NCBI RefSeq assembly: GCF_006345805.1
Contig: NC_043015.1
Location: 12,400,001 to 12,464,000, forward strand
Source: Octopus sinensis
Lineage: Eukaryota
DNA: 64,000 bases
Reading direction: 5' to 3'
The notes under the pieces are model-generated. The model was not told where the DNA came from, did not search any database, and saw only the letters and a program-made list of their open reading frames with translations. How positions within the stretch are numbered: the stretch's first letter is position 1; each line of letters opens with the position of its first letter. The position numbers were made by a program, and so were the translations under genes. Positions 10,378 through 22,417 of this stretch are shown piece by piece.

Positions 10378-12047
10378 CAAAATGTTTTTGGGGAAAGTGT
10401 TTTAGGAGGGGGTGGGGTGGAGGATTTCGGAAAATTCACCGGAGTCAACTTCCAATTCGTCTTAACTTTCAAGAAAATGGATATTTTTTAATGGAATCCT
10501 CAACAAATATACTTCGGACTATGTAGATTACGAGGACTTATGAATTTATGGGAAAAACAAAAGCAATGGGGGGGGGGTATTTTTGAGAACAGTTCCCCAC
10601 TCGGAGGTGTTTCGGAATAAGTCGTCCATATTTGTTTCTTTTTCTCCGTTTTGTGCGTTTGTGCATACACACATGTGGCGAAGTTTCGCATGTCGTAGCT
10701 CAGATTTCCGTCGATTTCCGTAAAAAACTTTTATTTTTTTACGTAAGTAATGAGAGCGAAAGAGACTAAGAGGAAGCGATTTTATGACGAGGGAAGTTTG
10801 TCTTTGAAGTTACCGTCTAGGGGAAGCATTGATGTACATGTGTGTGTGTGTGTGTGTTTGATGGGGTGTGGGAGACAGTATGTTGTGTAAGTGAAGTGCT
10901 TCTGTTAGTGTGTGCGAAGAGACAGAGAGAGTAATGTGTGAAAGAGAGAGATAACTGATTTTTTACTCGGTGTATGTGTATATGTATGTATGCATGTATG
11001 TGTGTGTGTGTGTATGTATCTATGTATGTGTGTGTGTATGTATGTATGTATGTGTGTGTGTGTGTAAGTATGTGTGTGTGTATGTATGTATGTATGTATG
11101 TGTGTGTGTGTATGTATCTATGTATGTGTGTGTGTGTATGTATGTATGTATGGCCGATTCATCGTAATTTTTTACTCGGTGTATGTGTATATGTATGTCT
11201 GTCTCTTCGCACACTAACAGAAGCACTTCACTTACACAACATACTGTCTGTCTCCCACACCCCATCAAACACACACAGGCCGACTTCAAAGAGAAACCAT
11301 CTCGTCGTAAAATCGCTTCCTCTTAGTCTCTTTCGCTCTCATTACTTATGTAAAAAAATAAAAGTTTTTTACGGAAATCGACGGAAATCTGTGCTACTAC
11401 AACCGAAACTATACAACCGAAACTATGCCACACATGTATATGTAATAAAAAAATGTTCAAAGGGGGAATTATTCCATTCAATATCATGTTTGTTGTAGAG
11501 ATTATGTAACAAATTATACTTTACACTTCTATATTCAACTGTGCGTGTATATTCCTTATTTTTGCTTCTGGTGTATTCTACATTTCTATTAGAAACGTCT
11601 ATTCAGGAATTTACTTAAAGCGAAAAAGGAATTGTATGCAACAGATAAGTTGTCTTAATAATATATTTTTGTGTACCAGACCTTTAGCTGTTATTTTTAG
11701 CATAACGAGTTTTCTGGTGAGGGCTTCATTTGCCTTCATTTCCTGTTTGTTGCTTCAATAGAAATCTACGGATGCACAAACGCACAAAACGGAGAATATG
11801 AAACAAATATGGACGACCTGTTCCGAAACACCCCCGAATGGGGAACAGTTCTCAAAAATAACCCCAATTGTTATCCCCCAAAACTCTTATGTCCTCGGAA
11901 TATACATAATCCGAGGTATATGTGTAGAGGATTCCATTAAATATCCATTTTCTTGAAAGTTAGGACGAATTGAAGTAGACTCCGGTGAATTTTCCGAAAT
12001 TCCTCACCCCACCCCCTCCTAAAACACTTTCCCCAAAAACATTTTGT
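10378..12047. mobile_element. ~1.7-kb compound foldback directly downstream of the caspase-like gene
   Basis: 10378-10666 is inverted against 11770-12047, and ~10670-10935 against ~11190-11440. The centre is (TGTA/TG)n microsatellite. The inner part matches the MITE at 34152-34589. Confidence 0.8.
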
Positions 12048-12275
12048 ATATTCGGAATCTACATGATATAACACATATTCATAGAAAGTTTCATTAAAAA
12101 ATATCCATTTTTCTTAAAGTTACTTTTTATGAAGCAGAAGAGGAGTAACAATTTTTTTTTTTTTTTTTTACATTTCTTTATTTTTTCTGGTCTTAAGTTG
12201 AAAAGAGGATGTATATACACAACTGAAGAATCAGATACGGTTGTAACATCTAGGTTGAAAATGTCAGCCACATAA

Positions 12276-12309
<34 letters not shown>

Positions 12310-12589
12310 GAGATAGATCGCTTGCCACTATATATTCTTTATTTTCTCCCTATATATATAGATATATATATATCTATATATATACTAGCTTAAAAGCCAA
12401 CCAACAATGACACTTCGTGCATTGAGTACATATTAAATTTTATTAAACTTAATATTTTTCAAGCAATGAACAATTTTCATCAAAACAATAATATAATTTG
12501 TCGACTTGAAACTTATTGCAAAGCTGCATGATAAACAACATTTTTTATCTTCCCATTTGGGAGGTCAGTACAATTTTTTTTCTATCTAA

Positions 12590-12967
12590 CCTCTCTCTCT
12601 TTCTGAATGCCATACACCATTCAGACTTCTGACGCCACCATTATCAATACTTTTGACTTCATTGCCTTCCCCTACACCACCATCACCACTTTCACATCGC
12701 TTATTCTCACCATCATCCCTGACCACCACCTCTATCATCACCACTGCCTCCGCCTCTATCACAACTACAGCTCATACTATTACTATCACCCATTACCATC
12801 ACAAAACGGCTAGATGTGTGTGTTCATTCAGTATGTTATCCAGCGTGTTACTTCAGTCCCTCTTTTTCTCACATACCCATTCTTTCTCTCTCTCTCATTA
12901 TTACTCCCACTGCCACCATCAACACTACTACTTTAACAAAAACATCAATTCTCCCTAAATTTCTTTG

Positions 12968-13014
<47 letters not shown>

Positions 13015-13050
13015 TCACCACCATCTCTGCTTTTACTCTCACCCCATCAT
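12590..13050. repeat. Low-complexity pyrimidine-rich (CACCAT/CT)n tract
   Basis: Degenerate CAC/CAT runs and (CT)n; the His/Thr-rich ORFs here are artefacts of the repeat. Confidence 0.7.
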
Positions 13051-15759
13051 GAGGAATAGTAGGAGTGTCATTGAATAGTAAAAGGGGGTCTAAATGTGAC
13101 ACAAATTAGTTTTTGCATTTATTATATTATATATATAGATATAGGTATAGCTATGGTGATGCAAAGTGGAAAAATAGTACTCAAAATATGAGTATGTGTA
13201 TATTTTTATTAATATTTAGCAGAAGTAACTGAATGACTCAAGGTTGGAGATTTTCATGTGTTAGTACTTATCAAACTTTCATAGTTTGATAAGTGCTAAC
13301 GCACAAAAATCTAGGTGATTGAGTCACTCTGTTGCTTCTAAGTATTAATATATACTAGACTACACATGACCCTGTGGGTCACCTGGAAAGTCTGAGTTTC
13401 CTAGCAAGGAACTCTTATTTCGTGAGTTTTTTTTTCTTTTCTAGGTTATTTTGCATGCTTTCAATGAATAGGACATCAATATCATGCATAAACAGCTCCT
13501 TTCCCCAGAAAATGAAAGATTTGGCTGCTATTTCTTGCATGCCTTACTACCACGTAACTGGTATTTCAGGTCCTTTATTGCAAATAGCTGTTACGTGGTA
13601 TCAGGGCATGCTGGAAATGGCAGCCAAATCTTTGAATACACATTGAATACACTTGAAAAAACTATGGAAAATAATTATTTCACACCAAGATTACAAACAG
13701 GTCTTTTATGAAATAATTACTGTATTTTTAATGTTATTTTTACTTTAAAATGTTTTTTAACTATGCCAAAAAAAGTTTTTGTAATGGTATTCACTAGAAA
13801 ATAATTGAAAAAAAAACATTGAAATATTGTCTGTTTAAAGAAAGCTAAAAAATAAATACAGTACAAACAACTTATATTTTTGAAATCAAGTTCACTTACA
13901 AATATTTCTAAATGATTGAAATATTGTGTACATCAAAAAGTCAATGTTTTTTCTTTTCTTAGAAAGTGATAGAGAGAGAGCATGAAGACTATGTGTGTGT
14001 ATATGTCACTGATAGTGTATGTGTGTATGTCACATACGCTGATAGTGTGTGTGTTGACATCACGGACGCTGTGTCTTTTTTTTTTTGTCAAGTAATAACA
14101 AACAAAAATTGTGTTTAATCGTTTTCATTAATAAATAGAGGTCCAAATATCATAAAATCTCATACTGCACTGCATAAAGTATGAGAATATATATATGTAA
14201 AAAAAAATTAAGATAAAATATACTATTTTTGAGATATTTGGGGGAACAAACATCTAGAGTTTTAGTATTATTAATATATATATTCTTTTATTTGTCTTAG
14301 TCATTTGACTGCAGCCATGCTGGAGCACCGCCTTTAATCAAACAAATCAACCCCAGGACTTATTCTTTGTAAGCCTTGTATTTATTCTATCAGTCCCTTT
14401 TTTCCAAACTGCTAAGTTACAGAGACATAAACACATCAACATCGGTTGTCAAGCAATGGTGGATGGACAAACACAGACACACAAACACACATATATACGA
14501 CAGGTTTCTTTCAGTTTCCATCTACCAAATTGACACACAATTGAGGCTATAGTAGAAGACACTTGCCCAAGATGTCATGCAGTTGGACTGAACCCAGAAC
14601 CATGTGGTTGGTAAGGAAGCTACTTAGTGCTTGACCCAACAAAATGTTGGGTTGAGCTCCAGTGATCCAACTATAATTCTGTAACCTGACTATGATTCCA
14701 AGTTCTGGTCATAATTCCATAACCTTGCTGTGCATTAGAAAAAAACGATTTTTTTTCAAATTTTTAATTTCCATTAACTTTCTTAAACTTGGTTAAAATT
14801 GCCTATACTTTATGTTAAAACATTCATTGTATTATAACCTTTATTTTCATATAAGTGTTGTAACATTATGATTAATATTTATAATAATAAAATCTTTTTA
14901 ACATTTACTCAAGAACCGCTTCATATTCACATTTCACTCGGCTCTCTATTTTTACTCTTATCCTCTCTCTCCTACTTATTCTCCTCCCCTTCATATCAGT
15001 CATCCCCTCTTTATATATCTTTGTTTCTCTCTCTTTCTCTCCCTCTCTCTCTCTCCTATTTGCTTTTCTCTCTACCACTCTTCTTTCTCTATTTGTTTAT
15101 TCTCCTTTCCTTTCTGTCCATTCTGTTTCAAGCCTCTTGTCTCTCTGTGAGTCCTTCCCTCTCTCTATATCTATTTTTCTCTGTCTGCCACTAAGCATTT
15201 TTTTCTGGGATTGCAAATGATTTTGCCAGCTTGTTGCCTCATCAATAATGATGATTTCTGATTCATGCAGAAGGTCAAAAGCTTTCAGAGGTAAGGTTAG
15301 TCAATACCACCGACCCCACTTTTTGTCTGGTGTTTTATTTTATTTATTTTATCAATCCTGAAAGGCTGAAAGCAAAGTCAACCATGACAGGATTTGAACT
15401 CAGTATGTAATGATCTGGAATAAATATCACAAAATCTTGTCTCTGCAAAATTTAAATTCCCATCTCCACCCACAAATTTATTTTTACTTAGAAGACAATT
15501 TTCTTAACTCACTCCCTTTCTTTCCATCTCATTTTTGGAATAACGGATTATGAACCGCGAGGGAAAAAATGGTGAGATAGACAGTAGAAAGATGAACAAT
15601 CAAAAGAATACCAGGCAGATGAACATCAAATTTGATTTTAAGGAAACTGGAACATTAAACAGTGGAGAGAAAATTTTAATATTTTTATTAGATTATAAGT
15701 TGAATTGGAGGTTTGTAATGAGCCATGCTGCTTTATAATCTTGCTTGATGAGGCTGAGG

Positions 15760-15990
15760 TAATCCCAGGTTAGTGGTCTCAGAGACATTATCATGAATAA
15801 AACCAACCAGGTCCACCAGTGCTCTCCATTGGTGGCAGTCCAGTGCCAGTTCCTCTGCATCCTCCAAGGTGACGTTGTGACTCTGGAGATCTTCCCTAGT
15901 CATGTCCATCTATCTGGTGTGGGGCCTCTTCCAGCTGCTACTGCTGTGTCAAATGAGACTAAAGCCCTAGTAGAATGATATAGCCATAAA
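15760..15990 (-). mobile_element. Degenerate LINE 3' (C-terminal) fragment, homologous to ~25215-25445
   Basis: Shared CACCAGTGCTCTCCATT...CTCTGCATCC...GGCCTCTTCCAGC...TCAAATGAGA.TAAAGCCCTA. The - strand of the 25215-25445 copy reads a KRPCGRPCIR-like RTE C-terminal motif. Confidence 0.55.
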
Positions 15991-16902
15991 GAGTGAAATT
16001 GTGAATGCAAATGTAACAAACTACAGTAATTGTAAAATATTTTTGTAGATTAAAGGTGAGCATATTGTGACCTTCAAGAGTTATGTTTCTTGTTGTGTGG
16101 CTTAAGTACTGAAATACTTTAACTTAAATACACAAATTTTGAAAACTGGAGATGATAGAAGATTAATTCTGGAACATAGAAGTTAAAATCACACTGAAAA
16201 TAGAAAATAAAAAAGTTAATGTAACTTTTTTTAAAGGTATAGGCTTCCCAACCGCATGGTTCTGGGTACAGTCCCACTACGTGGTACCTTGGGTAAGTGT
16301 CTTCTACTATAGCCTTGGGCCAACAAAGCCTTGTGTGTATATTTGGTAGATGGAAACTGAAAGAAGCCCATTATGAGTCTGGTGCAGCCATCTGGTTCGC
16401 CAGTCCTCAGTCAAAATCGTCCAACACATGCCAGCATGGAAAGCGGATGTTAAACGATGATGATGATGATGATGATGTATGTTATGACAATGATGATGAG
16501 TGAAACTGCCAACATCTCTGTTTCGTGAAAAATCTCCCCATGACCACCACCACTTTACAGGTTTTGGATGTACTTATGAAAGGACAAATGAGAGGATCAA
16601 CAAGGTCTGTTTTATACATGTAACTCCAAAGACTTGGTCTTGGTTTGTATGAGACTATTGATGATGATGCCAATTATAGCAACGTAATAATTTTTTCTAC
16701 TATAGGCGCAGGAGTGGCTGCATGGTAAGTAGCTTGCTCACCAACCACATGGGTCTGGGTTCAGTCCCACTGCGTGACACCTTGGGCAAGCGTCTTCTAC
16801 TATAGCCTCAGGCCGACCAAAGCCTTGTGAATGGATTTGGTAGATGGAAACTGAAAGAAGCCCATCGTATATATGTGTGTGTGTATATATATATATATGT
16901 AT

Positions 16903-18425
16903 GCCGGTGGCACACAAGAAAACCATCCGAACGTGGCCGTAGCCAGTACCGCTTCGACTGGCCATCGTGCTGTGGGCACATAACAAACACCATCCGATCG
17001 TGGCCGTTCGCCAGCCTCATCTGGCACCTGTGTCGGTGGCACATAAAAACACCATCCGAAGACCCGGCAAGACTAGTCAGGCCATAACCCGTGGCCCCTA
17101 CCTGGGACGTAGTCAGTCCACCTGTGCATACCTTCCTTCTTGTGACACTTGTGAAGACCTGTTGAGGCAAGTGAAAATCAAAATCAAAATCAAAACAAAT
17201 CAAAATAGATGAACATCAATGGAATTTGTATCTTTGTGGTACCAGTTCCGGTGGCACACAAGAAAACTATCCGAACGTGGCCGTAGCCAGTACCGCATCG
17301 ACTGGCCATCGTGCTGTGGGCACATAACAAACACCATCCGATCGTGGCCGTTCGCCAGCCTCATCTGGCGATGTGTCGGTGGCACATAAAAACACCATCC
17401 GAAGACCCGGCAAGACTAGTCAGGCCATAACCTGTGGCCCCTACCTGGGACGTAGTCAGTCCACCTGTGCATACCTTCCTTCTTGTGACACTTGTGAAGA
17501 CCTGTTGAGGCAAGTGAAAATCAAAACAAATCAAAATAGATGAACATCAATGGAATTTGTATCTTTGTGGTACCAGTGCCGGTGGCACACAAGAAAACCA
17601 TCCGAACGTGGCCGTAGCCAGTACCGCATTGACTGGCCATCGTGCTGTGGGCACATAACAAACACCATCCGATCGTGGCCGTTCGCCAGCCTCATCTGGC
17701 ACCTGTGTCGGTGGCACCGCATTGACTGGCCTCCGTGCTGTGGGCACATAACAAACACCATCCGATCATGGCCGTTCGCCAGCCTCATCTGGCACCTGTG
17801 TCGGTGACACATAAAAACACCATCCGAAGACCCGGCAAGACTAGTCAGGCCATAACCCGTGGCCCCTACCTGTGCATACCTTCCTTCTTGTGACACTTGT
17901 GAAGACCTGTTGAGGCAAGTGAAAATCAAAACAAATCAAAATAGATGAACATCAATGGAATTTGTATCTTTGTGGTACCAGTGCCGGTGGCACACAAGAA
18001 AACCATCCGAATGTGGCGGTAGCCAGTACCGCATCGACTGGCCTCCGTGCAGTGGGTACGTAACAAACACCATCCGATCGTGGCCGTTCGCCAGCCTCAT
18101 CTGGCACCTGTGTCGGTGGCACATAAAAACACCATCCGAGCGTGGCTGTCTGCCAGCCTCGTCTGGCACCTGTGTCAGTGGCACATAAAAAACACCATCC
18201 GAGCGTGGCCGTTCGCCAGCCTCGTCTGGTACCTGCGTCGGTGGCACATAAAATCACCCACTACACTCTCGGAGTGGTTGGCGTTAGGAAGGGCATCCAG
18301 CTGTAGAAACACTGCCAGATCTGACTGGCCTGGTGCAGCCTTCGGGCTCCCCAGACCCCAGTTGAACCGTCCAACCCATGCTAGCATGGAAAGCGGACGT
18401 TAAATGATGATGATGATGATGATGA
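16903..18425 (+). repeat. Higher-order tandem array of ~60-65-bp monomers inside a composite SINE
   Basis: The block CCGGTGGCACACAAGAAAACCATCCGAA restarts at ~16903, 17248, 17578 and 17983. Monomer is approximately GTGGCACATAAAAACACCATCCGA.CGTGGCCGTTCGCCAGCCTC.TCTGGCACCTGTGTCG. It begins after a family A head and ends in a family B (GAT)n tail. Confidence 0.9.
18250..18425 (+). mobile_element. Family B SINE with (GAT)n tail
   Basis: ACCCACTACACTCTCGGAGTGGTTGGCGTTAGGAAGGGCATCCAGC...CATGCTAGCATGGAAAGCGGACGTTAAATGATGAT. Other copies at ~22645-22800 (-), 23215-23300 (-), 30030-30200, 40190-40360 (-), 40730-40990, 42600-42770, 46855-47010 (-), 57440-57645, 59190-59370 (-), 60005-60290 (-), 61300-61455. 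Confidence 0.9.
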
Positions 18426-18758
18426 TATATATATATATACAGCAATAAGAAAATGGAGGGGGTCAAGAGGTGGTATTCATCAACTTTTAGAAATTATATT
18501 ATGGCTATTTATTTAAAATAAAAACAGTTATAACAATATACATACATGTATATCATATTATGCTTTACATATATAATATATAAAAATACCAGTAATTATT
18601 AAAATATATAACTTAGGCCATAGAAAGTAGGACAGTATCTTACAGCTGTTTCAGCCAAGAGGCAATAGTACCCCACACTACTTCCATCACTTCAGTGAAC
18701 TGAAGTATTTGGTAGATAAGATTAAGGTACTTGGATGTGTCTCTGGGCTTCATCAGAG

Positions 18759-19106
18759 AGTTTAGAAAGTGCATAAGGTTGAGTTATAAATATAAATACA
18801 TACATATATACACACTTTTACATATACATAAACACACATATATATATATTTATAAGATAAAGTATAAACAGAGGAAGGAGAAAGTTATCAACAGAGAAAT
18901 AATGGTGGAATTTAAAAAAATAATATATCTGTTTATACTTTATCTAATAAGAATAATATAATACACCTAATAATAATAATAATTGATTCCTTTGTATGCA
19001 TATACATATACATATAAATATATATATGTGTGTTTATGTATATGTGAAAGTTTGAATATATGTATGTATTTATATTTATAACTCAACCTTACGAACTTTC
19101 TAAACT
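18759..19106. mobile_element. AT-rich MITE with ~50-bp TIRs
   Basis: AGTTTAGAAAGTGCATAAGGTTGAGTTATAAATATAAATACATACATATA versus TATATGTATGTATTTATATTTATAACTCAACCTTACGAACTTTCTAAACT. Confidence 0.7.
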
Positions 19107-19627
19107 TTTATGGTGGGTCAAAGTTGGAAACAAAAACAGAGCAGTGGAGACAAACAAGGAAACTGAATGTAAACAAAAATTGAGGGTCGTTGGACCAGAA
19201 TGAGGGGGAAAATAGTGAATGCTGGAAGAAATATTTCCTTTAAAAAGAGAAAAGATAGAAGAGAGGGATAGAAGACGTCCAGTCCTTAGAACGTTGCATA
19301 GGAAAAGAAAGATGGTCATGTAAGGAAAAGAAAGATGGATGATGGTTATGTGTGAGCCATGAGAGAGAAAAGGAGAAAGAGACAGATAGAAAACGGTGAA
19401 GGTGAAAAAAAGGGAATTAGAGAAGGATGGGGGAGAAAACAGTATAGAACAGAGTCTCATCAAAAATGTTAAGATAGGTACAATGGCCCAATGGTTAGGG
19501 CAGTGGACTCACGGTTTCGATTCCCAGACCGGGTGTTGTGAGAGTTTGTGTGAAAGCGCACTGGTTGTCAAGCAATGTTGGGGGGACAAACACAGACACA
19601 CAAACATATACATACATATATATATAC

Positions 19628-19732
19628 TTTATTTAAAAGCAGCAGAAAATTCAACAAAACCTGTAACTCTGAGTTTCCCGTTCCCGTTCGTTGGACAGTT
19701 TTTTGTTGAATTTTCTGCTGCTTTTAAATAAA
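19628..19732 (-). other. Perfect 32-bp hairpin topped by a degenerate hammerhead-like fold
   Basis: 19628-19659 is the exact reverse complement of 19701-19732. The - strand loop reads CTGT-CCAACGA-ACGGGAACGG-GAAA-CTCAGAG-TT-ACAG. Confidence 0.5.
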
Positions 19733-19803
19733 GCATATTACTCTTCCCCTGGTATTTGAGTACTCTTTTTTCCACCTTGTTTCACATTTATGTGCTTACT
19801 CCG

Positions 19804-19844
<41 letters not shown>

Positions 19845-20799
19845 ACAGGCTTCTTTCAGTTTCTGTCTACCAAATCCACTCACAAGGTTTTGGCCAGCCC
19901 AAGGCTATAGTAGAAGGCACTTGCCTAAGGTGCCACACAGTGGGACTGAACCCGGAACCATGTGGTAAGCAAGCTACTTAGCACACAGCTACTCTTGTCC
20001 CTATAATGAAAGGTTCAGTGATGGATCATAGTCTGTAGGGTCATACCCATTCATCACTTGATATTTTCATTATTTATTTAATTATATAAATACATTTTAA
20101 AATCATTTGTTATTCATTCGGAGCAAATTCCCTCAACTCCTTGTCTGTCCCCTCTGTGTTTGGCCTTTATGGCTATAATAAAATTAGTTCTTTCTCTTGT
20201 TAGCTTACATCGTCTGTCATCCATATTTTATAAACAGATTTCAATTTTCAAGTGAGCAGGCAATAAATAATCACACTCATGCATGCATTAAGTGACAGGT
20301 GGTATAAAAAAATTTAGTTCAATTAAAAAAACTACACTTTTCACTCTTCACTCACCCCCGCCACGTCTAAATTAAGTACCAGTTACGCACTGGGGTCGAT
20401 ATCATCGACTTTATCCGTTTGTCTGTCCTCTCTGTGTTTAGCCCCTTGTGGGTAGTAAAATAATATATAATTTTCAGTAACAAAGCGGAGTCTAAGTTGT
20501 TTGCCAACAAAAATTATTTCTTTTCTGTTTAGTTCGCTGTCAATACAAAGTTCAAATACTAAATTTCTAAAAACTAATAACATACACGGTTATTTTGCCA
20601 ATTTATTTCACTTTCATTTAAAAATCTTTCTATGTTAAATTTATTAATATTATTCCTTCTTTTGGCCACCTTTCGATGTATTTGTGAATGTGGATAGATA
20701 AATAAATTGACAGATAGAAGATATAAAAGATTGGATATTAAAATCTTATTTCCTTGTTTAAAATTACACTCAGCAAAACACTTTACAGTTCTCTCTCTC

Positions 20800-21570
20800 A
20801 CTCTCTCTTTGCCTTTCTTTAACCTCATCCTCTGTTAAACACTATATTTCCAACTCCCTTTCTCTATATCAAGCTCTTCAACTAACTTTTTAACCACATA
20901 GTAAATATTACGTTCCCTGTACGTCATATCATTGACACTTCTCTCTCCCTTTCTCTTTTGTTCTTTGTCTCTCCCTTCAACTAAACACATAATTGTGTAG
21001 TACAGTTCAGCCTTAGCATATCAATAAATAGACCACACCTAATTCACGCCATTAACACTTCTCTCTCTCTCTCTCTTTCTTTCTCTCTCTCTCTCTCTCT
21101 CTTTCTTTCTCTCTCTCTCTCTCTCTCCCTTACTTTCTCATTCTTTGCCTTTCCCTTCAACTAATCACATGACAGTGTAACGCATTTCAGTGGCCTTAGT
21201 GTACTACTCTTTTTTCTCTAACTCAAACTTCCACAAACTTTTTAACCATGTCATTCTCCTCTTTACGTCATTATCATTTCTCTCTTTTTCTTTACCTCTC
21301 ACTTCCACCAACCACATGACAGCTTAATGCACTGGCTGGCAATAATGACTCTACTCTATCTCCCCCCCTCTCTCTCTATTTGCCTTTCTTTAACCACACC
21401 ACCAGAACATCACCCCTCTACTAAACGTATTTCTAACTCTCTCTATATTACTTCCTTCTTTTTAACTACATATTACTAAATATTACATTCCCTTTACCTC
21501 ATATCCTTGACACCTCTCTTGTTCCTTGCCTTTCCTTTCAACTAATCATGGGACAGCATAACATTTCAGC
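20800..21570. repeat. Degenerate pyrimidine-rich repeat units
   Basis: CC(C/T)TTCAACTAA...CAG...CCTTAG recurs at ~20975, 21150 and 21535 with (CT)n tracts. 21228-21250 is the reverse complement of ~2778-2800. Confidence 0.6.
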
Positions 21571-21590
21571 CATAGCATATTGATCTATAG

Positions 21591-21625
<35 letters not shown>

Positions 21626-21782
21626 GAGTGGTTGTATACTGTCAACTTAATGTGACAGTCCCGTAAAGGGAATTACGCCACTGCTGTTTAGCCCTAGGAA
21701 GCATCGACTCTTCCTGTCGGCCTTGACACATTTCCTGTGTCCTTATATATTTACGAAGGGGAGACAAACACCCCCAACAGCT

Positions 21783-21849
21783 AGGCCTGCATCTAGAGAC
21801 ATGCATGTTTCTGGGTTTTTCCCATCATCAGTCTAGAGTAGCAAGGCCT
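21783..21849 (-). ncRNA. Minimal type I hammerhead ribozyme (Penelope-like/retrozyme type)
   Basis: - strand: helix I UCUAGA (21837-21832), core CUGAUGA (21831-21825), helix II UGGG-AAAAA-CCCA, GAAA, helix III AC-AUGCAU-GU, cleavage triplet GUC (21800-21798), then UCUAGA. Helix I extends via AGGCC(U)UGC/GCAGGCCU. Confidence 0.85.
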
Positions 21850-22417
21850 GCTAGCTGAAGATATCTGTCTAGACTTCGTAAATATATATATATATATTTT
21901 CAGTGAAGTTTATTCACTGATCACCAAATCTGAATAATAATAAAAATAACAAGTTTCTTTTATTGGCCCCAAGGGCTCAAGTCATGGAGGGCAATGTCAA
22001 AGGACATGTTACAGCACACATAAAACATAACAAAAAACAAAAAAATACAAAAACATGTATGGTTTACATTATTCAAAGAGAGATGCTACCACTTTAACAG
22101 ATATATAAAAGAAATTAGAGAAATAAATAACAAATGAGTAAATAAATAAATAGAATCCCCAATAGCAGGGCAGTCCCCTAAGGGTGGCCTGGGTGACCAT
22201 GATGATGATGTAGGTAGGGTACAAAGAGAAGAGAAGATAAAAGGAGGGATTTTAAAAATAAAGAAATAGTGTGAGGTAAAAAACAAAAACAAAAAACAGA
22301 ATAAAGGTTAAAATAGATTTAAATAAATAGGATGTGAAAATATAATAAAATACAAATTAAGAGGGTGATAACAGTAATCATATAAGTACATGTCCATGAA
22401 ACTCATGCACGCGCGCG

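Noticed and set aside
16903-18250. CRISPR-like repeat-spacer appearance
   Set aside because: The intervening segments are themselves repeated rather than unique spacers, there are no cas genes, and the context is a eukaryotic SINE.
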